Positions 19,006-25,864 of a stretch of DNA of 64,000 nucleotides are shown piece by piece. Below the pieces are notes generated by a model, which had not been told where the DNA came from, did not search any database, and saw only the letters and a program-made list of their open reading frames with translations. Origin of the DNA: an uncultured Gemmatimonadales bacterium (GTDB taxonomy: Bacteria; Gemmatimonadota; Gemmatimonadetes; Longimicrobiales; RSA9); the NCBI GenBank assembly GCA_963741945.1, contig CAVUKA010000001.1:832001-896000 (forward strand), read 5' to 3'. Made by a program: the position numbers and the translations under genes. The number at the start of each line of letters is the position of its first letter. Position 1 is the first letter of the stretch.

Positions 19006-19150
19006 TAACGTTTCCAGGTTGGCGACCCGCCGCGCCACAGCCTCCAGCGCTCGAACGCCTTCGAAACAACAACAATCTCACCAGCTTCATCACGGCTGCG
19101 GCGGGTTCTCCGGAGCTCGCGCAGCGAGCGGAGGCGCCAACCGTTTGTTA
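19006..19150. repeat. attC-like recombination site (145 bp)
   Basis: TAACGTTTCCAGGTTGGCGACCCGCCGCG...GCGGCGGG...GGCGCCAACCGTTTGTTA. Confidence 0.9.
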
Positions 19151-19700
19151 TCCGAAGCCCCACGGCGATGACCCCTCTTCAAGGCGCCCCGACTAGGCGC
19201 ATGAAAGGACGGAAAGCCGATTGCACCAGACGCCAGTAATACCCAAGGTCATCGGGCGATATCGACCAAGCGATCGTAACGAGTACTCCGATGGCGGTAT
19301 GGACCCAGGTAAACTTGCCTTGGCGCCTGGCTGTTTCTGCAAGGTAGTCTAACCTCCCACTGATGAACTTCTGTTGCTCCTCGCCTAACGAGTAACTTTC
19401 AAACAGTTTGGCCTCAAGTTCTTCAATTGAGTTGCGGATTTCGTCAGCTTCCTCAGCAGAAATCGGAGTGTCCTCAATCTCCTCTCTCGGCGAGAGCGTG
19501 AAGGATTCTTGGTATCTGGCCAGCTCCGTCCAGAGATCGCGGCTTTCCAATTCAAGCTTGAGGCGGTCGGCCCAATTCCAGCACAACTGCTTCTGCCCCT
19601 CCCAAGTTCCATTGTACACTTCTTCGATCCGCTTCTTCTTGTGGGTCCTCTAAACTATGTCGCGGTTTCTCTCTAAACTTTGTCGCGGCAAGGGCGTGAG

Positions 19701-20480
19701 CTAAGCGGCTTCAGAGTCAGGGGCCTCCTCCTGCTTATGGTGGCGGGTGCGGTAGGAGCGGCCGCGGAGCACGAAGTGGGTACCGCGCTCCAGGAGCCGA
19801 TCCAGAATCGCTTCCGCGAGATCGGCATCATGCAGCACCTGACCGAGGGCGGCCAGGGGTTTGTTGGTGGTCACGATCATGGGCCGGTGCTTCAGGTAGC
19901 GATCGTTGACCACCCGGTAGAGTACGTTGGCGGCATCGGCAGCGTAGCTCTGATAACCGAGTTCGTCGATCACCAGCACGTGCGGATGGACGTAGGGCTC
20001 GAGGGCTTCTTCCAGCCGTCCCTCCGCGGCTGCCTTCGAGAGGGCGCCGATCAGCTCGTCTGCGGTGGTGAAGCGGGCGTCGAAGCCGTTCTGGATGGCC
20101 CGATAGGCGATGGCCACGCCCATATGCGTCTTTCCCCGACCGGGCGGCCCCGTGAAGATCGCGGACCGCCCCTCGCTCACGAGCTCCGGCCCCAGCAGCG
20201 TGCCGAGCATCTGAAGGCGGACGCTGGTCTGGAAGGTGAAGTCGAATTCCTCGATGGTGCGGAGGAAGGGAAACTTCGCTTTGCGGACGTATCGGGTGAT
20301 CCGAGTCTGCGCCCGGTGGGCGATCTCCTCGGCGCAGAGTAGCTCGAGAAACGTGCGGTAGCTCATGCCCTCGTCCTCGGCCCGGATCACCAGGTCCGGA
20401 TAGAGGCGTCGGACCGTGGGCAGGTGAAGACGGTGGAGCATCGCATCCAGATCGTCCAGCGGCACGGGAGTGCTGATCAT
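19701..20480 (-). CDS. istB: IS21 helper ATPase IstB
   Basis: AKFPFLRTIEEFDF, Walker A GPPGRGKTH, LVIDELGY, EAILDRLL. Confidence 0.95.
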   Translation of the reverse strand: MISTPVPLDDLDAMLHRLHLPTVRRLYPDLVIRAEDEGMSYRTFLELLCAEEIAHRAQTRITRYVRKAKFPFLRTIEEFDFTFQTSVRLQMLGTLLGPELVSEGRSAIFTGPPGRGKTHMGVAIAYRAIQNGFDARFTTADELIGALSKAAAEGRLEEALEPYVHPHVLVIDELGYQSYAADAANVLYRVVNDRYLKHRPMIVTTNKPLAALGQVLHDADLAEAILDRLLERGTHFVLRGRSYRTRHHKQEEAPDSEAA

Positions 20481-21883
20481 GAGGCCGCCTCCTTCGCCAC
20501 GAGTCCCATCACGTACTCCGCCCCGATCAGGCGCTGAAAGAGCGCTCGCTGGAGCAGCCGGAGGAAACGCTCCTGGCCCACCTCCTCCAGCAGGGCGAAG
20601 AGCCGCTCGACGTCTCCTTTCCAGGTGTAAGGACGAGAGTGGATGAGTTCGGTCAGGTAGCCCTCACCGATGGGCCCCAGCTCCAGGATCCGCTCCCGCA
20701 TGAAGTAGAGGCGCTTCCGGGCGCCGGCCACGGCCGCCAGCTGCTCCGCCCTCTGGCCGGGCAGGTAGCTGGTAGTCCCCACTTTGGGAAAGCGTGGGTG
20801 GGTGGCCTCGAAGCGGGCACCGGTCGTGACGATCCGGACCCGGTCCGGGTACAGGTGCAGCGTGGCCGGAATCCCGCACGCCCCCGCCGGCATAGCGTAG
20901 CGGACTCCCTGGAAATCCACGAGGGCCGTGGGACCCACATGCACGGCGTAGCGCAGCCCGTATTCTGTGGGCGCAATGGCCAGCGGCTTCATGCGGGCCT
21001 GTTCGGTCACGAGCCGGAGCTTTGGGATCTCCTTCGTGGCGCGGGACGGCCGCTCCTCATTCACCCCCAGCAGCCACTCAAGGAGCTGACGGGGGAGGTC
21101 GTGATCGAGATCGGCGAAGCGGCGGGCTCGGAAGAAGCTCCGCTTCACCCAGCCCACAAGATTCTCCACCGAACCCTTCTGCTCGGGACTCCGCACCGCG
21201 CACAGCTCGATGGTGAAGCCGTAGTCGATGGCCACCTGCGCCAGGGTCGAGTTCCAGATCGGCCGGTCGCCGTCCCGGCCCACCACCACGGTCTTCGGAT
21301 TGTCGAAAACTACCCGGAGCGGCACGCCCCCCGAGTGCTCGAAGGCCGCGAGCAGCGCGCGCACCAGCGATTCGATCCGCTCGTCCGGCACGATCACCAC
21401 CCACACCCACCGCGAGTACTTTAGCCGGAAGGCCGCGAAGTGGACCCGCTTCTTCCGCCCGTCCAGCAGCCGGACGTCGGCCTGCCCGAAGTCGAACTGG
21501 GCGAACTCCCCCGCTACCCCCTCGAACCGCACCATCAGCTCCGCCGGCAGCTTCCCCTTCTCCAGCCGAAACACCCGATAGAAGGTGCTCTCGGCGAGCT
21601 GAACTCCTTCGTCACGAAGCAAGCGAAGGTACTCCAGCGGTGGAGCTTCCGGATCCTCCGCGATCAGATCCACCAGCCGCTGCTTCACCGCTGACCTCAC
21701 TGGCGGTCGGCCCACACCACGGCGCCGCCGCTCCGCCACGTCATCCCCGTCCTCTACCAGCGGCTCTTTGGCGATCCGCTGGATCGTCCGCACGGTGACG
21801 CCGAACTGCTCCGCAATCTGCTTCTTCTCTTCCCCCGCCTTCAGCAGAGCATGGACTGCATGTCGATCAATCATCCTGAGCAT
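20477..21883 (-). CDS. istA: IS21 transposase IstA
   Basis: N-terminal HTH, RFE...GEFAQFDFG, GGVP....FDNPKT, KGSVENLVG. Confidence 0.95.
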   Translation of the reverse strand: MLRMIDRHAVHALLKAGEEKKQIAEQFGVTVRTIQRIAKEPLVEDGDDVAERRRRGVGRPPVRSAVKQRLVDLIAEDPEAPPLEYLRLLRDEGVQLAESTFYRVFRLEKGKLPAELMVRFEGVAGEFAQFDFGQADVRLLDGRKKRVHFAAFRLKYSRWVWVVIVPDERIESLVRALLAAFEHSGGVPLRVVFDNPKTVVVGRDGDRPIWNSTLAQVAIDYGFTIELCAVRSPEQKGSVENLVGWVKRSFFRARRFADLDHDLPRQLLEWLLGVNEERPSRATKEIPKLRLVTEQARMKPLAIAPTEYGLRYAVHVGPTALVDFQGVRYAMPAGACGIPATLHLYPDRVRIVTTGARFEATHPRFPKVGTTSYLPGQRAEQLAAVAGARKRLYFMRERILELGPIGEGYLTELIHSRPYTWKGDVERLFALLEEVGQERFLRLLQRALFQRLIGAEYVMGLVAKEAAS

Positions 21884-22254
21884 CCTCCCCGCCCTCCGAT
21901 TCTCAGAGCCCTGAGCCCTCGGAACGGCGGCATTCTACGCTGTGGATGCCCTCAACTGCGACATAGTTTGGAGAGAATCAGCGACAGAATTTCGGGAACT
22001 CACACTTCTCGCCGGGGCAGAATCGAGCCCAATCTTGGCCCCGGAGGTAGTCAAACTGGAAGTAGAAGTCCGGGTCCGTTTTCAGCACCAAGCGGGACAC
22101 CCTCTGTTCTGAACCGTGGAGACTGGCGACCTCCATCCACTCGAGTCGGGCCGGGTCGAGCCCCGCCCCTTCGACTACCTCGAAAATCTCGTTCTTTCGA
22201 CTAGTTAGAAGAACTTGATTCATCGCACTCCAACGCGTGTGCAGGGGTTTCGGA

Positions 22255-22400
22255 TAACGTTTCCAGGTTGGCGACCCGCCGCGCCACAATCTCAAGCGCG
22301 CCACCGCCTCCCAAACTCCGACCTCGTCACTAGCTCCAGTGCGGCCGGCGGCGGGTTCTCCGGAGCGGCCGAAGGCCGCGTAGGCGCCAACCGTTTGTTA
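22255..22400. repeat. attC-like recombination site (146 bp)
   Basis: TAACGTTTCCAGGTTGGCGACCCGCCGCG...GCGGCCGAAGGCCGCGTAGGCGCCAACCGTTTGTTA. Confidence 0.9.
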
Positions 22401-22426
22401 TCTGACGTGCGCGCCCTCGAGGGTGA

Positions 22427-22678
22427 CTATGGCGTGGGCACCGAGGAGACATCTTTGTAGAGCGCGTCTGGAGCGAGATCGATATCACCTGGCCAAGTGA
22501 CGGTACCACTCTCCGGATCGACGCTCACCGAATTGAAGACGCTCTGATCCCGCCAAGCCGCGAACACGCCCTTGCCGACGAGTCCCGAAAGGTCCACCTC
22601 CCCTTCAGTGCCATCGGAGAACCGGATCCAAAGCCGGTAGTTCGGCCGCGTCTTCGCCTGCTCGATTCGATACAGCAT
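22427..22678 (-). CDS. DUF2442 family protein (putative TA component)
   Basis: YRLWIRFSDGTEGEVDL...GVF......F..V.VD...TVTWPGDIDLAPDALY. Confidence 0.85.
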   Translation of the reverse strand: MLYRIEQAKTRPNYRLWIRFSDGTEGEVDLSGLVGKGVFAAWRDQSVFNSVSVDPESGTVTWPGDIDLAPDALYKDVSSVPTP

Positions 22679-22686
22679 TTTCGCCC

Positions 22687-22947
22687 TCAGTTCAGAGGAT
22701 CGATCTTCCCGGGCGCCTCGTGCGCCTGCGCTCGCCTCCACGCCTCCGCCAACTCCCTCTGGTGCAAACTGGCCCATTCCATCACCAGACCCAAGGCTCT
22801 CGGCGGCAAACTCCCTTCCAACACCGACAGATCCTCAATCCTCACCAGAGCTTCCGCTCCGCCGTACCGCGCATGGAAATGCGGCGGCGCGTGGTCGCGG
22901 AAGTACATGTAGATCGAGATGCCGAAGAACTCCGAAACCTTTGGCAA
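22687..22947 (-). CDS. DUF4160 family protein (putative TA component)
   Basis: MPKVSEFFGISIYMYFRDHAPPHFHARY...LVMEWASLHQREL...W. Confidence 0.88.
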   Translation of the reverse strand: MPKVSEFFGISIYMYFRDHAPPHFHARYGGAEALVRIEDLSVLEGSLPPRALGLVMEWASLHQRELAEAWRRAQAHEAPGKIDPLN

Positions 22948-23015
22948 TACACCTCCGCCTCTAACGAGATCTCCGGCATCTTCGAAACTACCGCGAAGCC
23001 GAAGCGCATGTCAGA

Positions 23016-23164
23016 TAACGTTTCCAGGTGAGCGACCCCGCTACCACGACCTCACCTGGCGCCGCCTCCTTCGAAACTTCCCGACATCCTTTGAGCAGCG
23101 CCAGCACCTGTCCGCGGGGTACTCCGAAGCGACCGAAGGGAGCGAAGGCGCTCACCGTTTGTTA
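23016..23164. repeat. attC-like recombination site (149 bp)
   Basis: TAACGTTTCCAGGTGAGCGACCCCGC...GCGGGG...GGCGCTCACCGTTTGTTA (compensatory changes in the outer stem). Confidence 0.9.
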
Positions 23165-23574
23165 TCTGAAGCCCCGTTCCCACCCGTCGGATCAGCTCGG
23201 ACCTGCGGGGGCTCACTGGAAAGTGGCTGGTTCACCAGATCCCAAGCCACGTCAATAAACTCCACTTCGAACCAGCGGTTGAACGTCTTCCAGTCCCGTT
23301 TCTTCGGCCATAGCGCCGGATCTGTATACCAGCTGTCGAGAGCGATCTCGAACATCAGATCGAAGTTGTCCCGGATCCAGGCTTCCGAATCCGGCGTCAT
23401 GTCGAACTGCGGGATCAGGAACGCCTCCACGGCCTTCTCCGCGACTTCCTCACTCACCGGCGGTCCCGGTCCCGGGTCCGCCTCCCGCACCCAGTCGACG
23501 AATGGCTGCTTCGGCCGCAGCACGACGAGGCCACGATTCAGGAACCAGATCTCCCCACCGTCAGTTTCAGCCAT
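23152..23574 (-). CDS. Conserved hypothetical cassette protein; stop codon inside the repeat
   Basis: LNR..VVLRPKQPFVDWV...FEIALDSWYTDPALWP..R...TF..WF.VEF. Confidence 0.8.
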   Translation of the reverse strand: MAETDGGEIWFLNRGLVVLRPKQPFVDWVREADPGPGPPVSEEVAEKAVEAFLIPQFDMTPDSEAWIRDNFDLMFEIALDSWYTDPALWPKKRDWKTFNRWFEVEFIDVAWDLVNQPLSSEPPQVRADPTGGNGASDNKR

Positions 23575-23597
23575 CCGCTTTCCTGAGGGGTTTCAGA

Positions 23598-23741
23598 TAA
23601 CGTTCAATGGTTGGCGACCGCCGCGCCGAACCTCCAGCGCTCTTCGATCTCTGAATCCAAGCAGCCCTTCCAGCATCAGCACACGGGCCGCGGCGGTACT
23701 CCGGAGCGAGCAACGCGAGCGCAGGCGCCAACCTAGTGTTA
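23598..23741. repeat. attC-like recombination site (144 bp)
   Basis: TAACGTTCAATGGTTGGCGACCGCCGCG...CGCGGCGGT...GGCGCCAACCTAGTGTTA. Confidence 0.88.
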
Positions 23742-23780
23742 TACGCAGTGCCCGCGCTGGGCCCTGGCCCGACCGACTCC

Positions 23781-24392
23781 TCAGCGCTTCCGTTTGAGCG
23801 TGCCCCACGCCGATACGAGCATCAGGTCATGACCAGCCTGGGCGAGGCTGAACTCTTCGGGATCGAATCCGTCTCCGAGCCATTCGATCTTCTCCCGCAC
23901 CCACTCTTCGAGCTCACCGATTGGAGTCCCGAGTGCTGCTAGCATTTCGGTATAGGCGTGGGGTCCACCGCAATCCTCTGGAGGGCCCCGACGAGCCCCC
24001 GCGACGACCATGGGCAGCCAGTCGAGGTCCGGATTGCCCTCCGGCTCCTCGATTTCTACAACGTGCCGCCACTCATCTCCCCAGTCGTACACGTACTCCA
24101 GCCGATCACCAGGGCCGAGGCCCAACCGGTCGAGACGCGCCTTGGTCGAATCCAAGCCCTCGGCCTCGTCATCCGGTGCCTCGTAGTGTTCCTCACCGAC
24201 CTGGAAGCTGTAGAGATGGTAGTCGTACCAGTCGAACAACAACTGGATGATTCGATGCAATTCGTGCAGGGTCGTCCGTTTCGGGAGCAGTACACGCCGC
24301 CAGATCCGGGGCTCGATGTCCTCGAGATAGATCTGCACCTGAAAATGGTCGTGGTCTGTCTTCACACGATCCGCCCGACGTGGCTGAATCAA
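23781..24392 (-). CDS. Plasmid pRiA4b ORF-3 family protein (first cassette)
   Basis: PRIWRRV....TL.ELH..IQ..F.W.DYHLYSF, YVYDWGDEWRH, PPEDCGG; GGAGG before TTG start. Confidence 0.9.
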   Translation of the reverse strand: MIQPRRADRVKTDHDHFQVQIYLEDIEPRIWRRVLLPKRTTLHELHRIIQLLFDWYDYHLYSFQVGEEHYEAPDDEAEGLDSTKARLDRLGLGPGDRLEYVYDWGDEWRHVVEIEEPEGNPDLDWLPMVVAGARRGPPEDCGGPHAYTEMLAALGTPIGELEEWVREKIEWLGDGFDPEEFSLAQAGHDLMLVSAWGTLKRKR

Positions 24393-24428
24393 GCTCTTTC
24401 CTCCAGCAGAAGCATGTCAGGCCATTGC

Positions 24429-24448
24429 GTATAACTACTGCGTTATAC
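24429..24448. other. Putative attI-like primary recombination site
   Basis: GTATAAC-TACTGC-GTTATAC exactly where the first cassette's terminal inverted repeat ends. Confidence 0.7.
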
Positions 24449-24455
24449 TGCGTTC

Positions 24456-24471
24456 CCGAACTCGTGTTCGG
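24456..24471. promoter_or_regulatory. CGAAC-N4-GTTCG palindrome (LexA-box-like or recombinase accessory site)
   Basis: CCGAAC-TCGT-GTTCGG adjacent to the attI-like site. Confidence 0.4.
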
Positions 24472-24670
24472 TAGGATGTCGGCGGGCCGGATGTTTGCGC
24501 CGGTCGTTCGGGAAAGGTCCTTATCAGTTGTCGGAGCCACCCACCCCGGCCGCCTGACCCGAATCATCTCTATTTGGGGCCATTCTTGTTCAGAAGCAAT
24601 GACCTTGTACAGGGGCTCCGCACGGCCGTTTGCACGGGGCTGATTCGAGCGGCCGACGGCCGCTTCCCCC

Positions 24671-25750
24671 TCACGCTGCGTCCAGCGGGTTCACGATCCG
24701 GGTCAGGTCGCCGCGGCTGACGTGGGTATAGATCTGGGTGGTGCGGGGGCTCGTGTGGCCGAGGAGCTCCTGGATGTGGCGGAGGTTGACGCCGGCCTCC
24801 AGGAGGTGGGTGGCGAAGCTGTGGCGGAGGGTGTGCACGGTGGCGTGCTTGCGTACGCCGGACCGGGCCAGGGCGCGCTCGAAGATCTTCTGCACGGACC
24901 GCGTGGTCAGATGGCGGCCGGGCCGGCCCCCGGGGAAGATCCAGTCGTCGGCGTGGAGGCGGGCAACGACGGGCTCGAGGGCGGCGGCCGCGGCATCGGC
25001 CAGCAGCGTGTAGCGGTCCTTCCTCCCCTTCCCTGCGCGGACACGGACCAGCCCTCGTCCGGAATCCACGTCGCCGACCCTGAGGCGTACCACCTCGCTG
25101 ACGCGGAGGCCGGCGGAGTACGCCAGTATCAGGGCCAGACGGTGCGTCGGGTTGGCGGGGGCGTCGAGGATGCGGCGCACTTCGTCGCGGGAGAGGACGG
25201 CGGGGAGCTGGCGCTCCCGCTTCGGGCGGCGGATCGGGTCCAGCGCGAGCGGGCGGCCGACGAGCCGCGCCAGGAGCCGGATGGCGCTGATCGCCTGGTG
25301 CTGGTAGGAGGTCGACCGGTCGTCGGCCTCGAGCCGGAGCAGGTGAGCGCGGACGTGCTCCGTCGACAGCTCGGTCGCGGCCTTCGGGAAAGCTTCGAAG
25401 AACCGACGGACGTGGCCGACGTAGTTCGTCCGCGTACGGGGGCCGTAGCCCTGGAGCCGGAGCTCTTCCGAGAGGCGCTGGAGGAGCGCCGCCGCCGGAT
25501 CGGTGCCGTTCGCCCGGCGAAACGGGACGCGGACCAGGTGCATGAGACCGGGGTCGACGCGGAAGCTCGCGTCGGGCGCCCGGAGCAGCGCGTTCAGCGC
25601 CTCCTCGGTGCGCGGCAGCAGCCACGCCGATCGGCCGGGGTCCCAGTGCCGGCCTGGGATCGAGCGGACGTGCCCGACCAGCCCCGCGTCATAGGGGAAC
25701 CGGACTTCGATCCGCGTTTCCGCGTCCATGAGCCAAACAGAGGTCGCCAT
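24671..25750 (-). CDS. Tyrosine recombinase (SAM-like + catalytic domains) with extra N-terminal HARP-like domain; lacks IntI insertion
   Basis: YSAGLRVSE, GKGRKDR, HTLRHSFATHLLE, LLGH, TTQIYTHV; N-term IEVRFPYD...RSIPGRHWDPGRSAWLLP. Confidence 0.93.
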   Translation of the reverse strand: MATSVWLMDAETRIEVRFPYDAGLVGHVRSIPGRHWDPGRSAWLLPRTEEALNALLRAPDASFRVDPGLMHLVRVPFRRANGTDPAAALLQRLSEELRLQGYGPRTRTNYVGHVRRFFEAFPKAATELSTEHVRAHLLRLEADDRSTSYQHQAISAIRLLARLVGRPLALDPIRRPKRERQLPAVLSRDEVRRILDAPANPTHRLALILAYSAGLRVSEVVRLRVGDVDSGRGLVRVRAGKGRKDRYTLLADAAAAALEPVVARLHADDWIFPGGRPGRHLTTRSVQKIFERALARSGVRKHATVHTLRHSFATHLLEAGVNLRHIQELLGHTSPRTTQIYTHVSRGDLTRIVNPLDAA

Positions 25751-25864
25751 GACCGAGTCTGAACCGGCCACCGGGGCATGGGAATGGCCGGATCGGCCAT
25801 TCTGCTCTCGGCGGCCGCGGCTCGGCCCCTCCGTGCGCGGGCTCGGCTTGGTCGCCCGCCGTGC

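Larger units (their letters stand above)
19640..22004 (-). mobile_element. IS21-family insertion sequence (2365 bp) with 5-bp target duplication CTTCT
   Basis: TG...CA ends, 24-bp imperfect IR (18/24), repeated subterminal motifs, CTTCT at 19635-19639 and 22005-22009, istA/istB. Confidence 0.95.
19179..22223 (-). pseudogene. Cassette hypothetical protein (~224 aa) interrupted by IS21
   Basis: Removing 19640-22004 and one CTTCT copy restores the frame ...FCPGEKKRIEEVYNGTW...; GGAG before ATG 22223; C-terminal hydrophobic segment. Confidence 0.85.
13910..25750 (-). mobile_element. Integron-like gene-cassette array with co-oriented tyrosine recombinase
   Basis: Recombinase 24671-25750, core site 24429-24448, six intact ~145-bp palindromic repeats separating short lower-GC ORFs that mostly lie on the minus strand; left boundary eroded and approximate. 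Confidence 0.88.

Noticed and set aside
16186-23741. CRISPR array interpretation of the repeats
   Set aside because: Repeats are ~145 bp, variable in the middle and separated by 0.18-3 kb gene-bearing units; no cas genes.
17916-23741. REP/REPIN or MITE interpretation of the repeats
   Set aside because: No RAYT or TSDs; copies are confined to this locus in the window, share one orientation and delimit units with matched termini.
24671-25750. Calling the recombinase intI, xerC/xerD or part of an IS91-type pair
   Set aside because: No IntI insertion, an N-terminal region unlike housekeeping Xer proteins, and no adjacent IS91-like transposase; left without a symbol.
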